A stretch of DNA of 64,000 nt, from contig CM097885.1 of assembly GCA_044892525.1 (NCBI GenBank), positions 8,682,001 through 8,746,000 on the forward strand, read 5' to 3'. How positions within the stretch are numbered: the stretch's first letter is position 1; each line of letters begins with the position of its first letter. The translations under genes were made by a program, and so were the position numbers. The DNA is from Schmidtea polychroa (Eukaryota). Shown here one piece after another: positions 1-14,475 of this stretch. Below the pieces are notes generated by a model that saw nothing but the letters and a program-made list of their open reading frames with translations, ran no database searches and was not told the origin of the DNA.

Positions 1-8
1 CATAGGGG

Positions 9-56
9 GACAAAATATTTTGTCGGATAGACTCGGAGTATATAGACTCGGTGTAT
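9..56. repeat. 16-bp perfect palindrome plus two 15-bp direct repeats (present in every unit)
   Basis: GACAAAATATTTTGTC at 9-24; ATAGACTCGGAGTAT 27-41 and ATAGACTCGGTGTAT 42-56; immediately followed by (AAT)n. Confidence 0.95.
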
Positions 57-60
57 ATAG

Positions 61-63
<3 letters not shown>

Positions 64-153
<90 letters not shown>
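64..153. repeat. (AAT)n microsatellite spacer, one per unit, variable length
   Basis: Pure AAT run between TAGATT and AAAACTTTAAAC in each unit. Confidence 0.99.
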
Positions 154-157
<4 letters not shown>

Positions 158-240
158 CTTTAAACAGCTTGCAAGGTTACTAGTCATGCTTATTATACAT
201 TTGATGGTTACAATTTCTACATTTTGAAAACTATATTTTG

Positions 241-287
241 ATTGGCTATCACAATTTTATAAATGTAAGAACAAAAGTAATTTAGTT
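241..287 (+). promoter_or_regulatory. Putative Pol II core promoter of the RING gene (repeated in each unit)
   Basis: ATTGG (reverse CCAAT) 241-245, TATAAA 258-263, Inr-like TTAGTT 282-287 about 26 nt downstream of TATA, ATG at 307. Confidence 0.6.
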
Positions 288-306
288 ATTAAGAAATTTA
301 TTACTA

Positions 307-945
307 ATGATTTCTATAAATAAAACTGATGAATGTGTAACACATTTGGTAACTTTATTATTTTGTCAATATTTTTTTTATATATACCATTTATAGCAAG
401 GAAGTCCTACTAGAAATAAGGAAAAATTATGTCCAACCTATTCCGAAATTTCATTGAAATTTTTTAACAACACAGTTGAAGATTTTATAAATAATCATGA
501 TACTTACAGTGATAAGCAACTCATAAATATTTTAAAGATTTTCAAACATTCCTCTATTGAATATTTGTTTGATTTATTTAATTATGAGAAATCCATTTTA
601 AAGTTATCTTGTTATTTAATGTACTTAGAAAAAATAGCAGTAAACAATGATTCACTGAATGAATACTTTTGGAGTTGTATGTATTTAAGGTTGAAACCTG
701 GATATAGTAGATTGATTTATGATTGGATAGCAAAAACCGATTTGATTGAAAATAAGCTAACGAAAAAACTGAACGAGGTTAAGAAAAGGTATTTAACTTG
801 TTCAATTTGTAAAGAAAATCGAGTTTCGGTTTTGTATTTACCATGTGGTCATGTAATTGTTTGTTCTAAGTGTCACGAGAAGAATGTTCGCAAGTGTCAA
901 GCCTGTTCAACATTGATTAATGAATATCATACTATATATATTTAG
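307..945 (+). CDS. IAP/MDM2-type C3HC4 RING-finger protein (putative E3 ligase), copy 1; spliced 307-348 + 397-945, ~196 aa
   Basis: Exon 1 MISINKTDECVTHL, intron GTAACT...TTTATAG (349-396), exon 2 QGSPTRNKEKLCPTYSEISLKFF... C-terminus CSIC-x11-CGH-x3-CSKC-x7-CQAC with hydrophobic tail TIYI. Confidence 0.85.
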
Positions 946-981
946 TTTACCTTTGTTAATTTTACATTATTTTATTGTTTA

Positions 982-1010
982 AATAAATGTATGTTTTGTT
1001 GATTTGTTGA
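982..1010 (+). terminator. Polyadenylation signal plus GT-rich downstream element (each unit)
   Basis: AATAAA at 982-987, 37 nt after the stop, followed by TGTATGTTTTGTTGATTTGTTG. Confidence 0.65.
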
Positions 1011-1099
1011 GCGTGACCAGTACCCTTGTGAGCATTACCCATAGGGGGACAAAATATTTTGTCGGATAGACTCGGAGTATATAGACTCGGTGTATATAG

Positions 1100-1190
<91 letters not shown>

Positions 1191-1339
1191 CTTTAAACAG
1201 CTTGCAAGGTTACTAGTCATGCTTATTATACATTTGATGGTTACAATTTCTACATTTTGAAAACTATATTTTGATTGGCTATCACAATTTTATAAATGTA
1301 AGAACAAAAGTAATTTAGTTATTAAGAAATTTATTACTA

Positions 1340-1978
1340 ATGATTTCTATAAATAAAACTGATGAATGTGTAACACATTTGGTAACTTTATTATTTTGTC
1401 AATATTTTTTTTATATATACCATTTATAGCAAGGAAGTCCTACTAGAAATAAGGAAAAATTATGTCCAACCTATTCCGAAATTTCATTGAAATTTTTTAA
1501 CAACATAGTTGAAGATTTTATAAATAATCATGATACTTACAGTGATAAGCAACTCATAAATATTTTAAAGATTTTCAAACATTCCTCTATTGAATATTTG
1601 TTTGATTTATTTAATTATGAGAAATCCATTTTAAAGTTATCTTGTTATTTAATGTACTTAGAAAAAATAGCAGTAAACAATGATTCACTGAATGAATACT
1701 TTTGGAGTTGTATGTATTTAAGGTTGAAACCTGGATATAGTAGATTGATTTATGATTGGATAGCAAAAACCGATTTGATTGAAAATAAGCTAACGAAAAA
1801 ACTGAACGAGGTTAAGAAAAGGTATTTAACTTGTTCAATTTGTAAAGAAAATCGAGTTTCGGTTTTGTATTTACCATGTGGTCATGTAATTGTTTGTTCT
1901 AAGTGTCACGAGAAGAATGTTCGCAAGTGTCAAGCCTGTTCAACATTGATTAATGAATATCATACTATATATATTTAG
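1340..1978 (+). CDS. RING-finger protein copy 2 (T>I variant)
   Basis: Same structure as copy 1; ACA>ATA at 1506. Confidence 0.85.
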
Positions 1979-2132
1979 TTTACCTTTGTTAATTTTACAT
2001 TATTTTATTGTTTAAATAAATGTATGTTTTGTTGATTTGTTGAGCGTGACCAGTACCCTTGTGAGCATTACCCATAGGGGGACAAAATATTTTGTCGGAT
2101 AGACTCGGAGTATATAGACTCGGTGTATATAG

Positions 2133-2202
<70 letters not shown>

Positions 2203-2351
2203 CTTTAAACAGCTTGCAAGGTTACTAGTCATGCTTATTATACATTTGATGGTTACAATTTCTACATTTTGAAAACTATATTTTGATTGGCTATCACAAT
2301 TTTATAAATGTAAGAACAAAAGTAATTTAGTTATTAAGAAATTTATTACTA

Positions 2352-2990
2352 ATGATTTCTATAAATAAAACTGATGAATGTGTAACACATTTGGTAACTT
2401 TATTATTTTGTCAATATTTTTTTTATATATACCATTTATAGCAAGGAAGTCCTACTAGAAATAAGGAAAAATTATGTCCAACCTATTCCGAAATTTCATT
2501 GAAATTTTTTAACAACATAGTTGAAGATTTTATAAATAATCATGATACTTACAGTGATAAGCAACTCATAAATATTTTAAAGATTTTCAAACATTCCTCT
2601 ATTGAATATTTGTTTGATTTATTTAATTATGAGAAATCCATTTTAAAGTTATCTTGTTATTTAATGTACTTAGAAAAAATAGCAGTAAACAATGATTCAC
2701 TGAATGAATACTTTTGGAGTTGTATGTATTTAAGGTTGAAACCTGGATATAGTAGATTGATTTATGATTGGATAGCAAAAACCGATTTGATTGAAAATAA
2801 GCTAACGAAAAAACTGAACGAGGTTAAGAAAAGGTATTTAACTTGTTCAATTTGTAAAGAAAATCGAGTTTCGGTTTTGTATTTACCATGTGGTCATGTA
2901 ATTGTTTGTTCTAAGTGTCACGAGAAGAATGTTCGCAAGTGTCAAGCCTGTTCAACATTGATTAATGAATATCATACTATATATATTTAG
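2352..2990 (+). CDS. RING-finger protein copy 3 (T>I variant)
   Basis: Same structure as copy 1. Confidence 0.85.
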
Positions 2991-3144
2991 TTTACCTTTG
3001 TTAATTTTACATTATTTTATTGTTTAAATAAATGTATGTTTTGTTGATTTGTTGAGCGTGACCAGTACCCTTGTGAGCATTACCCATAGGGGGACAAAAT
3101 ATTTTGTCGGATAGACTCGGAGTATATAGACTCGGTGTATATAG

Positions 3145-3217
<73 letters not shown>

Positions 3218-3366
3218 CTTTAAACAGCTTGCAAGGTTACTAGTCATGCTTATTATACATTTGATGGTTACAATTTCTACATTTTGAAAACTATATTTTG
3301 ATTGGCTATCACAATTTTATAAATGTAAGAACAAAAGTAATTTAGTTATTAAGAAATTTATTACTA

Positions 3367-4005
3367 ATGATTTCTATAAATAAAACTGATGAATGTGTAA
3401 CACATTTGGTAACTTTATTATTTTGTCAATATTTTTTTTATATATACCATTTATAGCAAGGAAGTCCTACTAGAAATAAGGAAAAATTATGTCCAACCTA
3501 TTCCGAAATTTCATTGAAATTTTTTAACAACACAGTTGAAGATTTTATAAATAATCATGATACTTACAGTGATAAGCAACTCATAAATATTTTAAAGATT
3601 TTCAAACATTCCTCTATTGAATATTTGTTTGATTTATTTAATTATGAGAAATCCATTTTAAAGTTATCTTGTTATTTAATGTACTTAGAAAAAATAGCAG
3701 TAAACAATGATTCACTGAATGAATACTTTTGGAGTTGTATGTATTTAAGGTTGAAACCTGGATATAGTAGATTGATTTATGATTGGATAGCAAAAACCGA
3801 TTTGATTGAAAATAAGCTAACGAAAAAACTGAACGAGGTTAAGAAAAGGTATTTAACTTGTTCAATTTGTAAAGAAAATCGAGTTTCGGTTTTGTATTTA
3901 CCATGTGGTCATGTAATTGTTTGTTCTAAGTGTCACGAGAAGAATGTTCGCAAGTGTCAAGCCTGTTCAACATTGATTAATGAATATCATACTATATATA
4001 TTTAG
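3367..4005 (+). CDS. RING-finger protein copy 4
   Basis: Same as copy 1. Confidence 0.85.
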
Positions 4006-4159
4006 TTTACCTTTGTTAATTTTACATTATTTTATTGTTTAAATAAATGTATGTTTTGTTGATTTGTTGAGCGTGACCAGTACCCTTGTGAGCATTACCC
4101 ATAGGGGGACAAAATATTTTGTCGGATAGACTCGGAGTATATAGACTCGGTGTATATAG

Positions 4160-4250
<91 letters not shown>

Positions 4251-4399
4251 CTTTAAACAGCTTGCAAGGTTACTAGTCATGCTTATTATACATTTGATGG
4301 TTACAATTTCTACATTTTGAAAACTATATTTTGATTGGCTATCACAATTTTATAAATGTAAGAACAAAAGTAATTTAGTTATTAAGAAATTTATTACTA

Positions 4400-5038
4400 A
4401 TGATTTCTATAAATAAAACTGATGAATGTGTAACACATTTGGTAACTTTATTATTTTGTCAATATTTTTTTTATATATACCATTTATAGCAAGGAAGTCC
4501 TACTAGAAATAAGGAAAAATTATGTCCAACCTATTCCGAAATTTCATTGAAATTTTTTAACAACACAGTTGAAGATTTTATAAATAATCATGATACTTAC
4601 AGTGATAAGCAACTCATAAATATTTTAAAGATTTTCAAACATTCCTCTATTGAATATTTGTTTGATTTATTTAATTATGAGAAATCCATTTTAAAGTTAT
4701 CTTGTTATTTAATGTACTTAGAAAAAATAGCAGTAAACAATGATTCACTGAATGAATACTTTTGGAGTTGTATGTATTTAAGGTTGAAACCTGGATATAG
4801 TAGATTGATTTATGATTGGATAGCAAAAACCGATTTGATTGAAAATAAGCTAACGAAAAAACTGAACGAGGTTAAGAAAAGGTATTTAACTTGTTCAATT
4901 TGTAAAGAAAATCGAGTTTCGGTTTTGTATTTACCATGTGGTCATGTAATTGTTTGTTCTAAGTGTCACGAGAAGAATGTTCGCAAGTGTCAAGCCTGTT
5001 CAACATTGATTAATGAATATCATACTATATATATTTAG
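4400..5038 (+). CDS. RING-finger protein copy 5
   Basis: Same as copy 1. Confidence 0.85.
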
Positions 5039-5192
5039 TTTACCTTTGTTAATTTTACATTATTTTATTGTTTAAATAAATGTATGTTTTGTTGATTTGT
5101 TGAGCGTGACCAGTACCCTTGTGAGCATTACCCATAGGGGGACAAAATATTTTGTCGGATAGACTCGGAGTATATAGACTCGGTGTATATAG

Positions 5193-5292
<100 letters not shown>

Positions 5293-5441
5293 CTTTAAAC
5301 AGCTTGCAAGGTTACTAGTCATGCTTATTATACATTTGATGGTTACAATTTCTACATTTTGAAAACTATATTTTGATTGGCTATCACAATTTTATAAATG
5401 TAAGAACAAAAGTAATTTAGTTATTAAGAAATTTATTACTA

Positions 5442-6080
5442 ATGATTTCTATAAATAAAACTGATGAATGTGTAACACATTTGGTAACTTTATTATTTTG
5501 TCAATATTTTTTTTATATATACCATTTATAGCAAGGAAGTCCTACTAGAAATAAGGAAAAATTATGTCCAACCTATTCCGAAATTTCATTGAAATTTTTT
5601 AACAACACAGTTGAAGATTTTATAAATAATCATGATACTTACAGTGATAAGCAACTCATAAATATTTTAAAGATTTTCAAACATTCCTCTATTGAATATT
5701 TGTTTGATTTATTTAATTATGAGAAATCCATTTTAAAGTTATCTTGTTATTTAATGTACTTAGAAAAAATAGCAGTAAACAATGATTCACTGAATGAATA
5801 CTTTTGGAGTTGTATGTATTTAAGGTTGAAACCTGGATATAGTAGATTGATTTATGATTGGATAGCAAAAACCGATTTGATTGAAAATAAGCTAACGAAA
5901 AAACTGAACGAGGTTAAGAAAAGGTATTTAACTTGTTCAATTTGTAAAGAAAATCGAGTTTCGGTTTTGTATTTACCATGTGGTCATGTAATTGTTTGTT
6001 CTAAGTGTCACGAGAAGAATGTTCGCAAGTGTCAAGCCTGTTCAACATTGATTAATGAATATCATACTATATATATTTAG
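5442..6080 (+). CDS. RING-finger protein copy 6
   Basis: Same as copy 1. Confidence 0.85.
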
Positions 6081-6234
6081 TTTACCTTTGTTAATTTTAC
6101 ATTATTTTATTGTTTAAATAAATGTATGTTTTGTTGATTTGTTGAGCGTGACCAGTACCCTTGTGAGCATTACCCATAGGGGGACAAAATATTTTGTCGG
6201 ATAGACTCGGAGTATATAGACTCGGTGTATATAG

Positions 6235-6325
<91 letters not shown>

Positions 6326-6474
6326 CTTTAAACAGCTTGCAAGGTTACTAGTCATGCTTATTATACATTTGATGGTTACAATTTCTACATTTTGAAAACT
6401 ATATTTTGATTGGCTATCACAATTTTATAAATGTAAGAACAAAAGTAATTTAGTTATTAAGAAATTTATTACTA

Positions 6475-7113
6475 ATGATTTCTATAAATAAAACTGATGA
6501 ATGTGTAACACATTTGGTAACTTTATTATTTTGTCAATATTTTTTTTATATATACCATTTATAGCAAGGAAGTCCTACTAGAAATAAGGAAAAATTATGT
6601 CCAACCTATTCCGAAATTTCATTGAAATTTTTTAACAACATAGTTGAAGATTTTATAAATAATCATGATACTTACAGTGATAAGCAACTCATAAATATTT
6701 TAAAGATTTTCAAACATTCCTCTATTGAATATTTGTTTGATTTATTTAATTATGAGAAATCCATTTTAAAGTTATCTTGTTATTTAATGTACTTAGAAAA
6801 AATAGCAGTAAACAATGATTCACTGAATGAATACTTTTGGAGTTGTATGTATTTAAGGTTGAAACCTGGATATAGTAGATTGATTTATGATTGGATAGCA
6901 AAAACCGATTTGATTGAAAATAAGCTAACGAAAAAACTGAACGAGGTTAAGAAAAGGTATTTAACTTGTTCAATTTGTAAAGAAAATCGAGTTTCGGTTT
7001 TGTATTTACCATGTGGTCATGTAATTGTTTGTTCTAAGTGTCACGAGAAGAATGTTCGCAAGTGTCAAGCCTGTTCAACATTGATTAATGAATATCATAC
7101 TATATATATTTAG
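6475..7113 (+). CDS. RING-finger protein copy 7 (T>I variant)
   Basis: Same structure as copy 1. Confidence 0.85.
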
Positions 7114-7267
7114 TTTACCTTTGTTAATTTTACATTATTTTATTGTTTAAATAAATGTATGTTTTGTTGATTTGTTGAGCGTGACCAGTACCCTTGTGAG
7201 CATTACCCATAGGGGGACAAAATATTTTGTCGGATAGACTCGGAGTATATAGACTCGGTGTATATAG

Positions 7268-7337
<70 letters not shown>

Positions 7338-7486
7338 CTTTAAACAGCTTGCAAGGTTACTAGTCATGCTTATTATACATTTGATGGTTACAATTTCTAC
7401 ATTTTGAAAACTATATTTTGATTGGCTATCACAATTTTATAAATGTAAGAACAAAAGTAATTTAGTTATTAAGAAATTTATTACTA

Positions 7487-8125
7487 ATGATTTCTATAAA
7501 TAAAACTGATGAATGTGTAACACATTTGGTAACTTTATTATTTTGTCAATATTTTTTTTATATATACCATTTATAGCAAGGAAGTCCTACTAGAAATAAG
7601 GAAAAATTATGTCCAACCTATTCCGAAATTTCATTGAAATTTTTTAACAACATAGTTGAAGATTTTATAAATAATCATGATACTTACAGTGATAAGCAAC
7701 TCATAAATATTTTAAAGATTTTCAAACATTCCTCTATTGAATATTTGTTTGATTTATTTAATTATGAGAAATCCATTTTAAAGTTATCTTGTTATTTAAT
7801 GTACTTAGAAAAAATAGCAGTAAACAATGATTCACTGAATGAATACTTTTGGAGTTGTATGTATTTAAGGTTGAAACCTGGATATAGTAGATTGATTTAT
7901 GATTGGATAGCAAAAACCGATTTGATTGAAAATAAGCTAACGAAAAAACTGAACGAGGTTAAGAAAAGGTATTTAACTTGTTCAATTTGTAAAGAAAATC
8001 GAGTTTCGGTTTTGTATTTACCATGTGGTCATGTAATTGTTTGTTCTAAGTGTCACGAGAAGAATGTTCGCAAGTGTCAAGCCTGTTCAACATTGATTAA
8101 TGAATATCATACTATATATATTTAG
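7487..8125 (+). CDS. RING-finger protein copy 8 (T>I variant)
   Basis: Same structure as copy 1. Confidence 0.85.
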
Positions 8126-8279
8126 TTTACCTTTGTTAATTTTACATTATTTTATTGTTTAAATAAATGTATGTTTTGTTGATTTGTTGAGCGTGACCAG
8201 TACCCTTGTGAGCATTACCCATAGGGGGACAAAATATTTTGTCGGATAGACTCGGAGTATATAGACTCGGTGTATATAG

Positions 8280-8349
<70 letters not shown>

Positions 8350-8498
8350 CTTTAAACAGCTTGCAAGGTTACTAGTCATGCTTATTATACATTTGATGGT
8401 TACAATTTCTACATTTTGAAAACTATATTTTGATTGGCTATCACAATTTTATAAATGTAAGAACAAAAGTAATTTAGTTATTAAGAAATTTATTACTA

Positions 8499-9137
8499 AT
8501 GATTTCTATAAATAAAACTGATGAATGTGTAACACATTTGGTAACTTTATTATTTTGTCAATATTTTTTTTATATATACCATTTATAGCAAGGAAGTCCT
8601 ACTAGAAATAAGGAAAAATTATGTCCAACCTATTCCGAAATTTCATTGAAATTTTTTAACAACATAGTTGAAGATTTTATAAATAATCATGATACTTACA
8701 GTGATAAGCAACTCATAAATATTTTAAAGATTTTCAAACATTCCTCTATTGAATATTTGTTTGATTTATTTAATTATGAGAAATCCATTTTAAAGTTATC
8801 TTGTTATTTAATGTACTTAGAAAAAATAGCAGTAAACAATGATTCACTGAATGAATACTTTTGGAGTTGTATGTATTTAAGGTTGAAACCTGGATATAGT
8901 AGATTGATTTATGATTGGATAGCAAAAACCGATTTGATTGAAAATAAGCTAACGAAAAAACTGAACGAGGTTAAGAAAAGGTATTTAACTTGTTCAATTT
9001 GTAAAGAAAATCGAGTTTCGGTTTTGTATTTACCATGTGGTCATGTAATTGTTTGTTCTAAGTGTCACGAGAAGAATGTTCGCAAGTGTCAAGCCTGTTC
9101 AACATTGATTAATGAATATCATACTATATATATTTAG
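8499..9137 (+). CDS. RING-finger protein copy 9 (T>I variant)
   Basis: Same structure as copy 1. Confidence 0.85.
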
Positions 9138-9291
9138 TTTACCTTTGTTAATTTTACATTATTTTATTGTTTAAATAAATGTATGTTTTGTTGATTTGTT
9201 GAGCGTGACCAGTACCCTTGTGAGCATTACCCATAGGGGGACAAAATATTTTGTCGGATAGACTCGGAGTATATAGACTCGGTGTATATAG

Positions 9292-9364
<73 letters not shown>

Positions 9365-9513
9365 CTTTAAACAGCTTGCAAGGTTACTAGTCATGCTTAT
9401 TATACATTTGATGGTTACAATTTCTACATTTTGAAAACTATATTTTGATTGGCTATCACAATTTTATAAATGTAAGAACAAAAGTAATTTAGTTATTAAG
9501 AAATTTATTACTA

Positions 9514-10152
9514 ATGATTTCTATAAATAAAACTGATGAATGTGTAACACATTTGGTAACTTTATTATTTTGTCAATATTTTTTTTATATATACCATTTA
9601 TAGCAAGGAAGTCCTACTAGAAATAAGGAAAAATTATGTCCAACCTATTCCGAAATTTCATTGAAATTTTTTAACAACACAGTTGAAGATTTTATAAATA
9701 ATCATGATACTTACAGTGATAAGCAACTCATAAATATTTTAAAGATTTTCAAACATTCCTCTATTGAATATTTGTTTGATTTATTTAATTATGAGAAATC
9801 CATTTTAAAGTTATCTTGTTATTTAATGTACTTAGAAAAAATAGCAGTAAACAATGATTCACTGAATGAATACTTTTGGAGTTGTATGTATTTAAGGTTG
9901 AAACCTGGATATAGTAGATTGATTTATGATTGGATAGCAAAAACCGATTTGATTGAAAATAAGCTAACGAAAAAACTGAACGAGGTTAAGAAAAGGTATT
10001 TAACTTGTTCAATTTGTAAAGAAAATCGAGTTTCGGTTTTGTATTTACCATGTGGTCATGTAATTGTTTGTTCTAAGTGTCACGAGAAGAATGTTCGCAA
10101 GTGTCAAGCCTGTTCAACATTGATTAATGAATATCATACTATATATATTTAG
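9514..10152 (+). CDS. RING-finger protein copy 10
   Basis: Same as copy 1. Confidence 0.85.
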
Positions 10153-10306
10153 TTTACCTTTGTTAATTTTACATTATTTTATTGTTTAAATAAATGTATG
10201 TTTTGTTGATTTGTTGAGCGTGACCAGTACCCTTGTGAGCATTACCCATAGGGGGACAAAATATTTTGTCGGATAGACTCGGAGTATATAGACTCGGTGT
10301 ATATAG

Positions 10307-10379
<73 letters not shown>

Positions 10380-10528
10380 CTTTAAACAGCTTGCAAGGTT
10401 ACTAGTCATGCTTATTATACATTTGATGGTTACAATTTCTACATTTTGAAAACTATATTTTGATTGGCTATCACAATTTTATAAATGTAAGAACAAAAGT
10501 AATTTAGTTATTAAGAAATTTATTACTA

Positions 10529-11167
10529 ATGATTTCTATAAATAAAACTGATGAATGTGTAACACATTTGGTAACTTTATTATTTTGTCAATATTTTTTT
10601 TATATATACCATTTATAGCAAGGAAGTCCTACTAGAAATAAGGAAAAATTATGTCCAACCTATTCCGAAATTTCATTGAAATTTTTTAACAACACAGTTG
10701 AAGATTTTATAAATAATCATGATACTTACAGTGATAAGCAACTCATAAATATTTTAAAGATTTTCAAACATTCCTCTATTGAATATTTGTTTGATTTATT
10801 TAATTATGAGAAATCCATTTTAAAGTTATCTTGTTATTTAATGTACTTAGAAAAAATAGCAGTAAACAATGATTCACTGAATGAATACTTTTGGAGTTGT
10901 ATGTATTTAAGGTTGAAACCTGGATATAGTAGATTGATTTATGATTGGATAGCAAAAACCGATTTGATTGAAAATAAGCTAACGAAAAAACTGAACGAGG
11001 TTAAGAAAAGGTATTTAACTTGTTCAATTTGTAAAGAAAATCGAGTTTCGGTTTTGTATTTACCATGTGGTCATGTAATTGTTTGTTCTAAGTGTCACGA
11101 GAAGAATGTTCGCAAGTGTCAAGCCTGTTCAACATTGATTAATGAATATCATACTATATATATTTAG
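10529..11167 (+). CDS. RING-finger protein copy 11
   Basis: Same as copy 1. Confidence 0.85.
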
Positions 11168-11321
11168 TTTACCTTTGTTAATTTTACATTATTTTATTGT
11201 TTAAATAAATGTATGTTTTGTTGATTTGTTGAGCGTGACCAGTACCCTTGTGAGCATTACCCATAGGGGGACAAAATATTTTGTCGGATAGACTCGGAGT
11301 ATATAGACTCGGTGTATATAG

Positions 11322-11394
<73 letters not shown>

Positions 11395-11543
11395 CTTTAA
11401 ACAGCTTGCAAGGTTACTAGTCATGCTTATTATACATTTGATGGTTACAATTTCTACATTTTGAAAACTATATTTTGATTGGCTATCACAATTTTATAAA
11501 TGTAAGAACAAAAGTAATTTAGTTATTAAGAAATTTATTACTA

Positions 11544-12182
11544 ATGATTTCTATAAATAAAACTGATGAATGTGTAACACATTTGGTAACTTTATTATTT
11601 TGTCAATATTTTTTTTATATATACCATTTATAGCAAGGAAGTCCTACTAGAAATAAGGAAAAATTATGTCCAACCTATTCCGAAATTTCATTGAAATTTT
11701 TTAACAACACAGTTGAAGATTTTATAAATAATCATGATACTTACAGTGATAAGCAACTCATAAATATTTTAAAGATTTTCAAACATTCCTCTATTGAATA
11801 TTTGTTTGATTTATTTAATTATGAGAAATCCATTTTAAAGTTATCTTGTTATTTAATGTACTTAGAAAAAATAGCAGTAAACAATGATTCACTGAATGAA
11901 TACTTTTGGAGTTGTATGTATTTAAGGTTGAAACCTGGATATAGTAGATTGATTTATGATTGGATAGCAAAAACCGATTTGATTGAAAATAAGCTAACGA
12001 AAAAACTGAACGAGGTTAAGAAAAGGTATTTAACTTGTTCAATTTGTAAAGAAAATCGAGTTTCGGTTTTGTATTTACCATGTGGTCATGTAATTGTTTG
12101 TTCTAAGTGTCACGAGAAGAATGTTCGCAAGTGTCAAGCCTGTTCAACATTGATTAATGAATATCATACTATATATATTTAG
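11544..12182 (+). CDS. RING-finger protein copy 12
   Basis: Same as copy 1. Confidence 0.85.
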
Positions 12183-12336
12183 TTTACCTTTGTTAATTTT
12201 ACATTATTTTATTGTTTAAATAAATGTATGTTTTGTTGATTTGTTGAGCGTGACCAGTACCCTTGTGAGCATTACCCATAGGGGGACAAAATATTTTGTC
12301 GGATAGACTCGGAGTATATAGACTCGGTGTATATAG

Positions 12337-12418
<82 letters not shown>

Positions 12419-12567
12419 TTTTAAACAGCTTGCAAGGTTACTAGTCATGCTTATTATACATTTGATGGTTACAATTTCTACATTTTGAAAACTATATTTT
12501 GATTGGCTATCACAATTTTATAAATGTAAGAACAAAAGTAATTTAGTTATTAAGAAATTTATTACTA

Positions 12568-13206
12568 ATGATTTCTATAAATAAAACTGATGAATGTGTA
12601 ACACATTTGGTAACTTTATTATTTTGTCAATATTTTTTTTATATATACCATTTATAGCAAGGAAGTCCTACTAGAAATAAGGAAAAATTATGTCCAACCT
12701 ATTCCGAAATTTCATTGAAATTTTTTAACAACACAGTTGAAGATTTTATAAATAATCATGATACTTACAGTGATAAGCAACTCATAAATATTTTAAAGAT
12801 TTTCAAACATTCCTCTATTGAATATTTGTTTGATTTATTTAATTATGAGAAATCCATTTTAAAGTTATCTTGTTATTTAATGTACTTAGAAAAAATAGCA
12901 GTAAACAATGATTCACTGAATGAATACTTTTGGAGTTGTATGTATTTAAGGTTGAAACCTGGATATAGTAGATTGATTTATGATTGGATAGCAAAAACCG
13001 ATTTGATTGAAAATAAGCTAACGAAAAAACTGAACGAGGTTAAGAAAAGGTATTTAACTTGTTCAATTTGTAAAGAAAATCGAGTTTCGGTTTTGTATTT
13101 ACCATGTGGTCATGTAATTGTTTGTTCTAAGTGTCACGAGAAGAATGTTCGCAAGTGTCAAGCCTGTTCAACATTGATTAATGAATATCATACTATATAT
13201 ATTTAG
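12568..13206 (+). CDS. RING-finger protein copy 13
   Basis: Same as copy 1. Confidence 0.85.
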
Positions 13207-13360
13207 TTTACCTTTGTTAATTTTACATTATTTTATTGTTTAAATAAATGTATGTTTTGTTGATTTGTTGAGCGTGACCAGTACCCTTGTGAGCATTACC
13301 CATAGGGGGACAAAATATTTTGTCGGATAGACTCGGAGTATATAGACTCGGTGTATATAG

Positions 13361-13448
<88 letters not shown>

Positions 13449-13597
13449 CTTTAAACAGCTTGCAAGGTTACTAGTCATGCTTATTATACATTTGATGGTT
13501 ACAATTTCTACATTTTGAAAACTATATTTTGATTGGCTATCACAATTTTATAAATGTAAGAACAAAAGTAATTTAGTTATTAAGAAATTTATTACTA

Positions 13598-14236
13598 ATG
13601 ATTTCTATAAATAAAACTGATGAATGTGTAACACATTTGGTAACTTTATTATTTTGTCAATATTTTTTTTATATATACCATTTATAGCAAGGAAGTCCTA
13701 CTAGAAATAAGGAAAAATTATGTCCAACCTATTCCGAAATTTCATTGAAATTTTTTAACAACACAGTTGAAGATTTTATAAATAATCATGATACTTACAG
13801 TGATAAGCAACTCATAAATATTTTAAAGATTTTCAAACATTCCTCTATTGAATATTTGTTTGATTTATTTAATTATGAGAAATCCATTTTAAAGTTATCT
13901 TGTTATTTAATGTACTTAGAAAAAATAGCAGTAAACAATGATTCACTGAATGAATACTTTTGGAGTTGTATGTATTTAAGGTTGAAACCTGGATATAGTA
14001 GATTGATTTATGATTGGATAGCAAAAACCGATTTGATTGAAAATAAGCTAACGAAAAAACTGAACGAGGTTAAGAAAAGGTATTTAACTTGTTCAATTTG
14101 TAAAGAAAATCGAGTTTCGGTTTTGTATTTACCATGTGGTCATGTAATTGTTTGTTCTAAGTGTCACGAGAAGAATGTTCGCAAGTGTCAAGCCTGTTCA
14201 ACATTGATTAATGAATATCATACTATATATATTTAG
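13598..14236 (+). CDS. RING-finger protein copy 14
   Basis: Same as copy 1. Confidence 0.85.
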
Positions 14237-14390
14237 TTTACCTTTGTTAATTTTACATTATTTTATTGTTTAAATAAATGTATGTTTTGTTGATTTGTTG
14301 AGCGTGACCAGTACCCTTGTGAGCATTACCCATAGGGGGACAAAATATTTTGTCGGATAGACTCGGAGTATATAGACTCGGTGTATATAG

Positions 14391-14475
<85 letters not shown>

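Noticed and set aside
454..456. TTG as start codon of the 163-aa ORF
   Set aside because: Eukaryotic context. The frame extends upstream to a splice acceptor and an in-frame ATG exon exists.
307..945. Calling the RING gene a true IAP or MDM2 ortholog
   Set aside because: No BIR (CxxC..H..C), SWIB or other diagnostic domain is visible; only the RING subtype matches.
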